From: Longimicrobiales bacterium
Lineage (GTDB): Bacteria; Gemmatimonadota; Gemmatimonadetes; Longimicrobiales; RSA9
Direction of reading: 5' to 3'
DNA length: 64,000 nucleotides
Assembly: GCA_050732635.1 (NCBI GenBank)
Contig: JBOHRE010000003.1
Location: forward strand, 1,924-65,923
The notes beneath the pieces were generated by a model, which was not told the DNA's origin, searched no databases, and saw only the letters and a list, made by a program, of their open reading frames with translations. Below, piece after piece: positions 1-8,191 of the stretch; position 1 is the first letter of the stretch, and each line of letters opens with the position of its first letter. The position numbers were made by a program, and so were the translations under genes.

Positions 1-1157
1 CGCAGATAGCTCAGGCCGCCGGCGCCGAGCACGACGGCTGCCAACAGCAGCATCAATGGCCCGCCCGGCACGCCGACCGCCATGCCGCGAATCGTCTCGG
101 CCACCAGCCACGCCGGGTCCTTCCATTCGATGTCGACAGCCGCCATGGTCGGCTCGAGCAGCACGCCAAGGAGCTGGGGCAGCACCAGTGCATAGAGCTG
201 CAGCGTGAAGGTGCCGGCCAGCACGAAACCCAGCAGCGGCTGCCAGACGGACGCATACCGCAACCCCGCCTGCCGCTGGCGCCAGAGCACCACTGCCAGC
301 ACCAGACCATGCGCCGCCATCACGAACAGCGCCGTGATATGGGTGTACGCGGCCAGCGCCATGCTCGCACCGTACGCCAGCGGCAGGCGCCACCCGCCGG
401 CACCGCCGCTCGCCAGACTCGTCAGGAACACCCCGCTCGCGATCACCGTCCAGAGCATCAGGCCGGTGTAGCCGCGAGCATTCTGCGAAAACCAGATGTG
501 GTGATACGACACCGCCAGAAACGCGATGGCCAGCAGCGCTTCGCGCCGGTCCGCGATCAGCCGGCCGAACCAGTACAACGCGCCCAGGCTGGCAACGCCG
601 AAGACGACCGCGGGCAGCCGCAGCGCCCACGCGCTCTCGCCGACCGCTGCGACCACCGCCCTGGCGCTCAACGAGTACAGCATGTGCTGGTTCTGGCTGT
701 CGAAGGTGGCGACGATCTCGCGCACCGGCAGCCGCACGTACGTGACCAGCGTGCGGATCTCGTCGAACCACAGCCCGTGCCCCAGGCCGTACAGTCGCAG
801 CGCCTCCGCGACCAGCAAGATCAGCCCCAACAGCGCCCACTCCCAGCGCGAGGGCGCGCCCGGCTCGCGCACCACCGACGCGACCAGCGGCGGCCCCGCC
901 ACCACCGGCCTCAGCTGCACCGCCAGCGCGAGCAGCACCGCATGCACGAGTAGCAACGCGCGAAACAGCAGCACCCCGTGCTCGACCACGGGCCGCAACG
1001 GCGATGCATCGCCCACCAGCGCCGCCGCCGTCGGCCCCACCGGCAGCAGCGCGGATGTCAGCCCCAACGCGAGGGCTACGAGAACTCGCAACAATACCTC
1101 GATATGAACGATCGGGCGGGTCCCGCGCCCGCAGCGTGCAATCCGTATTCCCTGCAT
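1..1157 (-). CDS. GT-C fold polytopic glycosyltransferase (ArnT/PMT_2-like, GT39/GT83 type); C-terminus lies beyond the left window edge
   Basis: Open-ended, so absent from the ORF track. Manual reverse translation from ATG 1157..1155 reads MQGIRIARCGRGTRPIVHIEVLLRVLVALALGL...LRLYGLGHGLWFDEIRTLVTYVRLP...LAVSYHHIWFSQNARGY... down to position 1 with no in-frame stop. Many hydrophobic helices and a first-loop WFDE motif as in ArnT/PMT-type enzymes. 75-nt gap to the upstream gene stop at 1233. Confidence 0.7.
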   Translation of the reverse strand, partial: MQGIRIARCGRGTRPIVHIEVLLRVLVALALGLTSALLPVGPTAAALVGDASPLRPVVEHGVLLFRALLLVHAVLLALAVQLRPVVAGPPLVASVVREPGAPSRWEWALLGLILLVAEALRLYGLGHGLWFDEIRTLVTYVRLPVREIVATFDSQNQHMLYSLSARAVVAAVGESAWALRLPAVVFGVASLGALYWFGRLIADRREALLAIAFLAVSYHHIWFSQNARGYTGLMLWTVIASGVFLTSLASGGAGGWRLPLAYGASMALAAYTHITALFVMAAHGLVLAVVLWRQRQAGLRYASVWQPLLGFVLAGTFTLQLYALVLPQLLGVLLEPTMAAVDIEWKDPAWLVAETIRGMAVGVPGGPLMLLLAAVVLGAGGLSYL

Positions 1158-1232
1158 GGCCCCTGGAGCCGCGTCCGTCGCCGGCGCGGACTGTTGCGTC
1201 CGCGCAACAGAACGCCAGCCGGGAAGCCCGTG

Positions 1233-3017
1233 TTAGCGGGGCCGCACATCGGCCGCGGCGGGCAATGCAGTGAGCTCGACGGCCGAACCGCCGCGAATCC
1301 GGACGTGGTAGTACGCGCGTCCGGCGAAGCGGCGCATGAGCCGGAGGTTGTCGGCGCCGCGGTCCTTGGCGAAGATGACGTCGCCGGAGCCGAGCGGGTA
1401 CGTGTTGAGCGGAAAGGCGGACTTCCAGGCCCAGCCGTCTTCCGCGACGAAGACGAGCGCAGCGGTCAGATCCCGCCGTTCGACCTCTTCTCTGAGCGCA
1501 CCGGAGGCCTGACGGTAGTTGCGACCGTATTCCGGAAGCAGGTCCGCATAGGGCATGGTGAGCACATAGACGAGCAACGCCGCGAGCGCGGCTCGGGCGT
1601 ACCGAGACACGGGGAGTGGCGCAGCGAGCCAGCCGGCGAGCGGCAGGGCGATGGCGACGGCGAGCGCGGGGACGGCCAAGAAGTAATGGCGCGATCCGTA
1701 CGCCACGCCGTGATAGAAGTGCAGCACGTAGATGCCGAGGAGCGTGAGGCCGGAGGCCAGCAACACACCGTGCCAGGGGTTGCGCCGCCAGTCCGCGCGA
1801 AACGCGGTGAGGCCGCAGATGGCGAGCAGGAGGAGCGGCAGACCGTGGACATCGAGCGACAGCTGCGCGAGCCGGTAGCTCGATACGCGCACTGCGTCGG
1901 ACGGATAATAGCCCGGGAATTCGGGCCCGTGCAGCGTGGTGCCCATGTCGGGGCCGAAGCCGAGGCCGAACCGCTGCCCCGGGTCGCGTTCCAGGAAGTA
2001 CTTGGCCATCGGCATGAGGCGACCGTCGCCCGTGAGCTGAGCGTTGTACCACCAGGTGAAGAGCACGCCGAGCGAGGCAATGACGCCGACCAGCGCGAGC
2101 TGCTTCACGAGGCCAGGGTCGTGGCGCAGCCGCAGAAGCAGGTAGATGAAGAACGGCACGGCAGCCATCGCCGCGTCGATCGGTCGCACCAGCAGATTGA
2201 GGGTCAACGCCAGCCCGGCCAGTGCGGCGAACCACGCGCTGCGCTCGCGCATCATGCGTACCCACGCCCAGGCGAATACGAGGAACAGAAACAGGTTCGC
2301 GGTGTGCGCCATGTAGGTGGCGGACATGAAGAGCACGAACGGCGAGACGGCCATGAGCAGCACGGCCAGCTGCCACTGCGCCGGCGTGTATCCGGCCGCT
2401 CGCAGCAGCGCGGCGAAGACCAGAACGCTGAGCGCGCCGAGTAGCGGATTGATGATCCAAGGCGTGTCCATCAGGTAGCCGAGGGCGAGCAGCGCGGGCC
2501 AGCCGGGATTCATGATGCCGTACCACCGCTCACCGTCCATCATGGTATGCACGAAGCCGAAGAATTCCGGTTCGGCAGGTGTGGGCAGGGACAGGCTGCC
2601 GGTCGCGAGCGTGCGCGCCTGGAACTGATAGGCGACCTCGTCGCTCACATGAGGCACGTTGTCGAGCACGAGAAAGACGGCGGCCAGCGAGGCGACGAAG
2701 AACAGGGCGGCGATGGCGGGCAGCGGGTAGGTCGTCGCCAGGCGCACGACCCGGAACGCCGCGGCGTCCCAGCGCAGCGCGAGCAGCACGAGCCCCAGGT
2801 AAATGGCGCTGCTGATCGCGACCCTGGCCCAATAGCCCACGGGCTGCATGTAATCGCCCGCGAGCAGTGGCAGCAGGATCGCAGTGGCCGTGGCGAGGGC
2901 GAGCAGCAGCCCGACTCGCGCGCGCAGTGTAGGGAGGCTCGCCTCGTCGCCGCTCGCCGGCACGGTAGCCTCGCTCAGGCGCGGGTGACGGTCGCGCAGG
3001 GCGGGCCGCCGGATCAT
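1233..3017 (-). CDS. GT-C fold polytopic glycosyltransferase (PMT_2/ArnT-like)
   Basis: 594-aa ORF, strongly hydrophobic with >10 predicted helices. Early-loop motif VPHVSDEVAYQF (D-E) typical of GT-C enzymes. ATGA stop/start overlap with the upstream gene at 3014-3017. Confidence 0.8.
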   Translation of the reverse strand: MIRRPALRDRHPRLSEATVPASGDEASLPTLRARVGLLLALATATAILLPLLAGDYMQPVGYWARVAISSAIYLGLVLLALRWDAAAFRVVRLATTYPLPAIAALFFVASLAAVFLVLDNVPHVSDEVAYQFQARTLATGSLSLPTPAEPEFFGFVHTMMDGERWYGIMNPGWPALLALGYLMDTPWIINPLLGALSVLVFAALLRAAGYTPAQWQLAVLLMAVSPFVLFMSATYMAHTANLFLFLVFAWAWVRMMRERSAWFAALAGLALTLNLLVRPIDAAMAAVPFFIYLLLRLRHDPGLVKQLALVGVIASLGVLFTWWYNAQLTGDGRLMPMAKYFLERDPGQRFGLGFGPDMGTTLHGPEFPGYYPSDAVRVSSYRLAQLSLDVHGLPLLLLAICGLTAFRADWRRNPWHGVLLASGLTLLGIYVLHFYHGVAYGSRHYFLAVPALAVAIALPLAGWLAAPLPVSRYARAALAALLVYVLTMPYADLLPEYGRNYRQASGALREEVERRDLTAALVFVAEDGWAWKSAFPLNTYPLGSGDVIFAKDRGADNLRLMRRFAGRAYYHVRIRGGSAVELTALPAAADVRPR

Positions 3018-4495
3018 GGCGCCGCCCGCTCGAGCTGCCGCGGCCGCAGGCGGTGGCGCGCAATCGTACGCAGCATGCGCAGTGCGGTGCGGCCGATCGC
3101 GACGTAGTTCGCCGAGTGCTTCGAGTCGCCGGCGATGCGTCGATGATAGGAGACCGGCACTTCGATCACGCGCTGTCCTGCCCGCAACGCAGCGACCATC
3201 ATCTCCGGAGACAGCTCAGGACCCACGCCGTGCAGGTACGGCTCCATGCGTGCGTACGAGTCGCGCCACAGCGCCCGGAACGTGCAACCGACATCGGTAA
3301 AGCGAGCCCGCCGCTGCCACCACAGCGTCTCGACCAGCTTGGCGACGGCGATGTTCCCGAGTCGGACGGGGCCGCGCATGTTGGTGCCCTGCTCGATGAG
3401 CTCTCGCGTGGTGCGCGTACCAATGACGAAGTCGGCGTCCTTCAGGTACTCCAGCAGCTTGCCGAGGTCGCGTGCGCGGAACGAATGGTCGGCCTCGGTA
3501 ACCACGAGGATGTCTCCCTGCGCGCGCGCCAGACCGTACCGGATCGTCTCACCGTAGCCGTCCAGCGCCACCGTCTCGACGCGAGCGCCCGCCTCGCGTG
3601 CCACCTCGGCCGTTCGGTCGGCCGAGCCGTTGTCGACGACGAATACCTCGTCCACGAGCGGCGCAAAGTCGCGCACCACGTAGCCGATGGACTGCTCCTC
3701 GTTATAGGCGGGGATCACCACGCTGATCGTAAAATCCGGGAAATGCGCGGCACGCGCCACGTACTGTGCGTAGTTGTGGTCATCGACCGAGTTGATGTTC
3801 ACATACGTGCCCTCCAGGAAGAAGGGCAGGACGCGTTTGCCCTGTTGCGCCAGGCGGTCGATCGCATCGGTCAGCTCGACCCGACCCGTCCTGCTCGAGC
3901 GAGGCGTGCGCTCGATGGTATCAAAAATCTCCGGCGTGAATACGTACGTGCCGCAGCCAAGGTAGCCGGTTTTCACGTCCGCCGGCTTCTCGACCAGTCG
4001 CGTGATCCGATCCCCATCGATCTCGACGGCGTAGTTCCCGCGGATCAGATCCGGCCGCGCTCCGGTCACCACGCCGCAGATCGCATCGAAGCCGTTCTCC
4101 GAGACCAAGGCCAGCCCGTCGTGGTTCGAGCGCAGGTACACCTCGTCCCCGAGCACGGTCACAAACGGGCCGGATAGTGCCGGCTTCGCCTGCATCATGC
4201 CGGTCGCCAGACCCCTGTCCACGTCCGCGCAGTTAACGAACCGGATGGCGACGCCAAGCTCCGAACCGTCGCGCAGCCGGGCCCTCACCTGCTCGCCCAG
4301 GTAGCCGATGATCACCGTGAAGTCGCGGATGCCCAGCCGGTCGCGGAGCATCTCGATGTTTCGCACGATCAGCGGCTTGCCGTCGACCTCGAGCAGCACC
4401 TTCGGCACGTCCGAAGAGCGCGGGTACGCACGACGGCCTCGGCCGGCGGCAGGAATCAATGCGCGGCTCAGCACCAGGGCGCCTGCGCCATCCAT
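3014..4495 (-). CDS. Bifunctional sugar-1-phosphate nucleotidyltransferase :: GT2 glycosyltransferase (DPM1/Ppm1/ArnC-like polyprenyl-phosphate sugar synthase)
   Basis: N-terminal half has ALIPAAGRGRRAYPRSSDVPKVLLEVDGKPLI (NTP-transferase G-x-G-x-R...PK signature). C-terminal half has ISVVIPAYNEEQSIGYVVRDF...VFVVDNGSADRTAEVAREAG...ILVVTEADHSF (GT2). The ORF-track start (GTG 4615) adds a Cys/Trp-rich 40-aa leader that looks non-protein-like; ATG 4495 (MDGAGALVLS) is preferred but uncertain. Confidence 0.8.
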   Translation of the reverse strand: MDGAGALVLSRALIPAAGRGRRAYPRSSDVPKVLLEVDGKPLIVRNIEMLRDRLGIRDFTVIIGYLGEQVRARLRDGSELGVAIRFVNCADVDRGLATGMMQAKPALSGPFVTVLGDEVYLRSNHDGLALVSENGFDAICGVVTGARPDLIRGNYAVEIDGDRITRLVEKPADVKTGYLGCGTYVFTPEIFDTIERTPRSSRTGRVELTDAIDRLAQQGKRVLPFFLEGTYVNINSVDDHNYAQYVARAAHFPDFTISVVIPAYNEEQSIGYVVRDFAPLVDEVFVVDNGSADRTAEVAREAGARVETVALDGYGETIRYGLARAQGDILVVTEADHSFRARDLGKLLEYLKDADFVIGTRTTRELIEQGTNMRGPVRLGNIAVAKLVETLWWQRRARFTDVGCTFRALWRDSYARMEPYLHGVGPELSPEMMVAALRAGQRVIEVPVSYHRRIAGDSKHSANYVAIGRTALRMLRTIARHRLRPRQLERAAP

Positions 4496-4666
4496 ATGAG
4501 GTAGGGGGAACGCCGGACCTGGCGGACACGGGGCAAAACACGCACCGCGCGGAGAGGTCGCCCAGCAACGCCCTAAGCAGCGATACGGCTTGAGGTTAGC
4601 CGCACTCTGCAGCACTCTCGGCAGCGACCCTGTCGCGCGCGTGCAACAGGATGGATGCGGGCCTGT

Positions 4667-6493
4667 TCAGTTTGCCGGCAGCGGCACGATCTTCACCAGC
4701 AGCGCATCGGTTCTGCCCCGCAGCGAGGACTGTAGCGCCCGGAGCGTGGGGATGTTGCTGGAGAGGGTCTGGCCGCCGACGTAAAAGCTGCCATCCGCAG
4801 CGACATGCGAGGTGCGACCCTCGTCGCGGGCGGTACCTCCGATGCGAACGGAGAAGAAGAGGGTCGCGAGATCGGAGGAGAGCTTCGCCGCGATCAGCTC
4901 ACCTTCACCGAACGATGTACTGAGCGTGTCGGTGGTCACCGGGAAATCCGGCGAGTAGCTCTGGCCGGTAAAATAGATGTTGCCATGAGCGTCGACGGCA
5001 GCGCCCTCGCCGCCGTCGCCCTCAGAGCCACCGAGGAAGGTGCTGGCCAGCAGGCGGGAGCCGTCGGCCGAGATCTTGGCTGCGAAGGCGTCGCCGGGAT
5101 TATTGGTGCCCTGCCCCGTGCCGGGACCACCCATGCCGCCGAAGGTCGGCTGGACGGCACCGCTGGACACGGGGAAGTCGTCGGAGAGTGTCTTTGCCGA
5201 GACCACGGCATTGCCCGCGGGATCGATGGCCAGCTCGTGGGTCTCGGTCCACTCGTGACCGGATCCGCCGAGGTATGTGCCCCAGTGCAGGCGGGAGCCA
5301 TCGCTGGACAGCTTGCCCACGAAATAATCGGACGGGCCGCTCAGCTGGCGATCGAATCCGCCGGGTGTGGGCATGTCGGCCGAGGCGGTCGCGATGAGGA
5401 CGTAGATGTCGTCGTTGTTCGGATCGAGCCGCAGCGAGTTCGTGTTCTGCTCGGTGCCGGAGCCGCCGAGGTAGGTGGCCCACAGCACGCGTGAGCCATC
5501 GCCCTGCACCTTCACGATCAGGGCATCGCGTCCGCCGCGGATGCCGGATTGAAACGCGTTTGCGAACCAGCTCTGCGGGAAGCCACCGGCTCCTGCGTCG
5601 TCGGACGTCATGAGCAGGACGTTACCGGCACGGTCCACATCGATGTCGCGGATCGGGACGATGCTCGAATTTCCGAAATAGCTGCACCAGTCGACCTGGC
5701 CCGCGGACGTGAGCTTGCAGACGAAGCCGTCCTGCCGGCCGTAGAGCGTGTGGTCGATGCTGCCGACGAAGCCGGTCTGGAATGCGCCCGAGGTCACGGG
5801 GAACCCGGCGCCGGCACGACCGGCGACGAAGATCGAGCCGTCGGCGGCCAGCTCGATCGCGTACGCACGATCGAAGTTCGGCCCGCCGATGTACGTCGAC
5901 CAGATGATCTGACCACCGGGGCCGAGCTTGGTCACGAATACATCCTCCGCATCGGAGCCGGGATTGTTGAAGGTGCCGTCCCAGGCTCCGGCCACGGGGA
6001 AGTCCGGCGAGCTCGTGCCTCCGGCGAGGTACACGTTACCCAGCGGATCGCTCGCGATGTCGCGGAGCTGCTCGGTGCCCGAGCCGCCCAGATAGGTGAC
6101 GTAGGCCACGACCATGGCCTGCACGCCCGGGGTTACGGTGCCTGTCGTCACCTGGATCTGAGCCGAGCCGCTCCTGCCGTCGCTGCTGGCGGTGATGGTG
6201 GCGTTGCCCACTGCGACGCCCGTGACCAGTCCCGCGCTGGACACGGCGGCGCGGCTCGAATCGGAGCTGCTCCAGCGGATCGGGTAGCCGCCGAGCGCAT
6301 TGCCGGCAGTGTCCAGCACGCGGGCAGTCAGGCGGACCGTCCCACCAACCGAAATGGACGCCTGTGCCGGCAGCACCTCGACGGCCTCGACGGGCAGCGT
6401 GCCGACCGAGCCATCATCGCCACAGCCGCTGCCGATCGCCGCCCACGTGAAGAGCGCGGCGAGTGAACGCCGAACGTTGCTTGCGTATCGCAT
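4667..6493 (-). CDS. Secreted lipoprotein with Ig-like Big_2 domain and SBBP-type beta-propeller repeats
   Basis: Internal ATG 6493 is preceded by an AGGGGA SD-like box and gives MRYASNVRRSLAALFTWAAIGSGC (lipobox). Big_2-like segment VEVLPAQASISVGGTVRLTARVLDTAGNAL...ATITASS. It is followed by at least six repeats containing YLGGSG.E / FV.KL...G...W.TY. Confidence 0.8.
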   Translation of the reverse strand: MRYASNVRRSLAALFTWAAIGSGCGDDGSVGTLPVEAVEVLPAQASISVGGTVRLTARVLDTAGNALGGYPIRWSSSDSSRAAVSSAGLVTGVAVGNATITASSDGRSGSAQIQVTTGTVTPGVQAMVVAYVTYLGGSGTEQLRDIASDPLGNVYLAGGTSSPDFPVAGAWDGTFNNPGSDAEDVFVTKLGPGGQIIWSTYIGGPNFDRAYAIELAADGSIFVAGRAGAGFPVTSGAFQTGFVGSIDHTLYGRQDGFVCKLTSAGQVDWCSYFGNSSIVPIRDIDVDRAGNVLLMTSDDAGAGGFPQSWFANAFQSGIRGGRDALIVKVQGDGSRVLWATYLGGSGTEQNTNSLRLDPNNDDIYVLIATASADMPTPGGFDRQLSGPSDYFVGKLSSDGSRLHWGTYLGGSGHEWTETHELAIDPAGNAVVSAKTLSDDFPVSSGAVQPTFGGMGGPGTGQGTNNPGDAFAAKISADGSRLLASTFLGGSEGDGGEGAAVDAHGNIYFTGQSYSPDFPVTTDTLSTSFGEGELIAAKLSSDLATLFFSVRIGGTARDEGRTSHVAADGSFYVGGQTLSSNIPTLRALQSSLRGRTDALLVKIVPLPAN

Positions 6494-6631
6494 CTCGATC
6501 CCCTGAAAGGCCGGCTCCTGCATGGGTCGGGCCGCAGTTGCCACACCCTGCCGTTCTGGTGCGCTCATGACGGGTGGGCGCACCGGCTACGGAACCATTG
6601 GCGTGAGGCGCAGGGCCCGGCTCCCCGGCGA

Positions 6632-8191
6632 CTAATCGGCGAACGCTGCGGCTTCGGGGCGCTCGGCCGCTGCCGCGCGCTCGAATCGATAACGGTGCGC
6701 GGCGCCGCCGTTGACGGCCGTATCCCAGAGCACGGGCAGGTCTCTGAGCCAGCCGCCAGCGACCGCGAGAAGCGCTACGCAAAGCGTGGCCACCCGGAGC
6801 CGCTGCTGCGGCTTCCAACGCAATCGTTCGACGGCCAGCCGCGGTGCGGCCAGCACGATTGCCGCCGGCACGACCAGCAGCGCGTGCAGCGGCACGGCAT
6901 ACCGCGACAGCGAGTATGTCACGCCGAAGACCAGGGTCGCGTGGCCGATGTACAGCAGCGCGAAGCCGCGGAATGCCGATGGCGCCATCACCGCCAGGCC
7001 CGCGAAGCCGGCGATCACGAGCCCGGCGAAGAAGGCGGCACTCACAGGCGTGAGCAGCGGCGACAACCATTTTCTGGCCCGCGGGCCGTACCAGCCGTTG
7101 CGCAGGTGGCGGAGCAGGAACGAATCGAGCGTCCAGAGGTGCTGCGCTTCCCAGGCGGCCTTTCGAAGAAAGCGATCGGGCGCAGCGGCTATATTGGCGC
7201 GCGCGAGCTCCATGGCAGCCGCTTGCGCGCGCGCCGCATCGTGGACGACGAGCTGCTCGTAGCGCTCACCACCGATCCGGCCGAACCGCTCGCTCCAAAA
7301 GTCGTCCTTGTCGACGTACGCGGCTTCGGGCTGATTACCGACCAGAAAATTGAAGGGGCCGTTGCTATCGACCAGGATCGGCGCGCCAGTCACCTCGAGA
7401 TTACGCAGCGTCCAGGGCATGACCACGAACAGGGCAGCGCAGGTCAGCAGCGCAAACCGAGCGGCGAAGCCCGACCAGCTCGGCATCGTCCACCCACCAG
7501 CCGCCGCCGGCGTGGTGGCTGCGCGGCGCCGTCGCTGGATCTGCAGTGCGCCCCACGGCAGGAGCAGCGGCGCAAAGCTCAGGATGATAGGCCGAGTCAG
7601 ACCCGCGAGGCCGAGTGCCAGCCCGGCTACCGCCCAAGGGGCGAGGCCGTTCTCGTGGATGGCCACAAGAAGCCGGTCGATCAGCACTAGGAGCAGGAAC
7701 AGGAACAGCGTCTCCGACCATAGCCGGTGCGAGAAGGACACGAGCACAGGATCAAACGCAATCAGGCCCGCCGCCACACGGCCAACAGTAAGCCCGAAGT
7801 GGCGCCGTGTGATCCTGTAAACCAGCAATATGGTGAGGGTGCTAAGCACTGCCTGCGCAAGCCGAGCGCCGACCGAGCCGAGTCCCAGCGCAAGAAAGGC
7901 CGCCAGGAACGCGGGATAGAGCGGTGGTCGGAACGTAGTCGGGAATCTACCCTCAGAGGCGATGCTCTCGGCGAGCGTCAAATACACGGCTTCGTCGAGA
8001 ATCGGACGCTGCGTGTCGGCGATCAGTGCGAGGACGGTCTTGAGTGCCAATGACGTAAGAGCGATCGTGAGCAGTACGCGGTCCGGGCCGCCGCGTGAGA
8101 CCGGCGAGGTCCCCGGTCTGCTGTCGGGCTCAAACATCGGAGCCACCGTCGCGTCGCTGAGCTCTCCCATCGCGTTGCGCACAGAGTTCAA
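6632..8191 (-). CDS. GT-C fold polytopic glycosyltransferase (ArnT/PMT_2-like)
   Basis: 519-aa multi-TM ORF with RPILDEAVYLTLAESI (D-E loop motif). The track start is TTG 8191, overlapping the upstream stop as TTGA. Alternative ATG at 8170. Confidence 0.8.
   Translation of the reverse strand: MNSVRNAMGELSDATVAPMFEPDSRPGTSPVSRGGPDRVLLTIALTSLALKTVLALIADTQRPILDEAVYLTLAESIASEGRFPTTFRPPLYPAFLAAFLALGLGSVGARLAQAVLSTLTILLVYRITRRHFGLTVGRVAAGLIAFDPVLVSFSHRLWSETLFLFLLLVLIDRLLVAIHENGLAPWAVAGLALGLAGLTRPIILSFAPLLLPWGALQIQRRRRAATTPAAAGGWTMPSWSGFAARFALLTCAALFVVMPWTLRNLEVTGAPILVDSNGPFNFLVGNQPEAAYVDKDDFWSERFGRIGGERYEQLVVHDAARAQAAAMELARANIAAAPDRFLRKAAWEAQHLWTLDSFLLRHLRNGWYGPRARKWLSPLLTPVSAAFFAGLVIAGFAGLAVMAPSAFRGFALLYIGHATLVFGVTYSLSRYAVPLHALLVVPAAIVLAAPRLAVERLRWKPQQRLRVATLCVALLAVAGGWLRDLPVLWDTAVNGGAAHRYRFERAAAAERPEAAAFAD

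Noticed and set aside
309-1107. Plus-strand ORFs 309..953 and 526..1107, and minus-strand ORF 53..310, as possible genes at the left edge
   Set aside because: Their translations are Arg/Ser/Pro/Gln-rich low-complexity sequence with no recognisable motifs. The minus-strand frame that runs off the window (ATG 1157) gives a clean multi-TM GT-C-like protein with no in-frame stop, so these are antisense or off-frame artefacts of high GC content.
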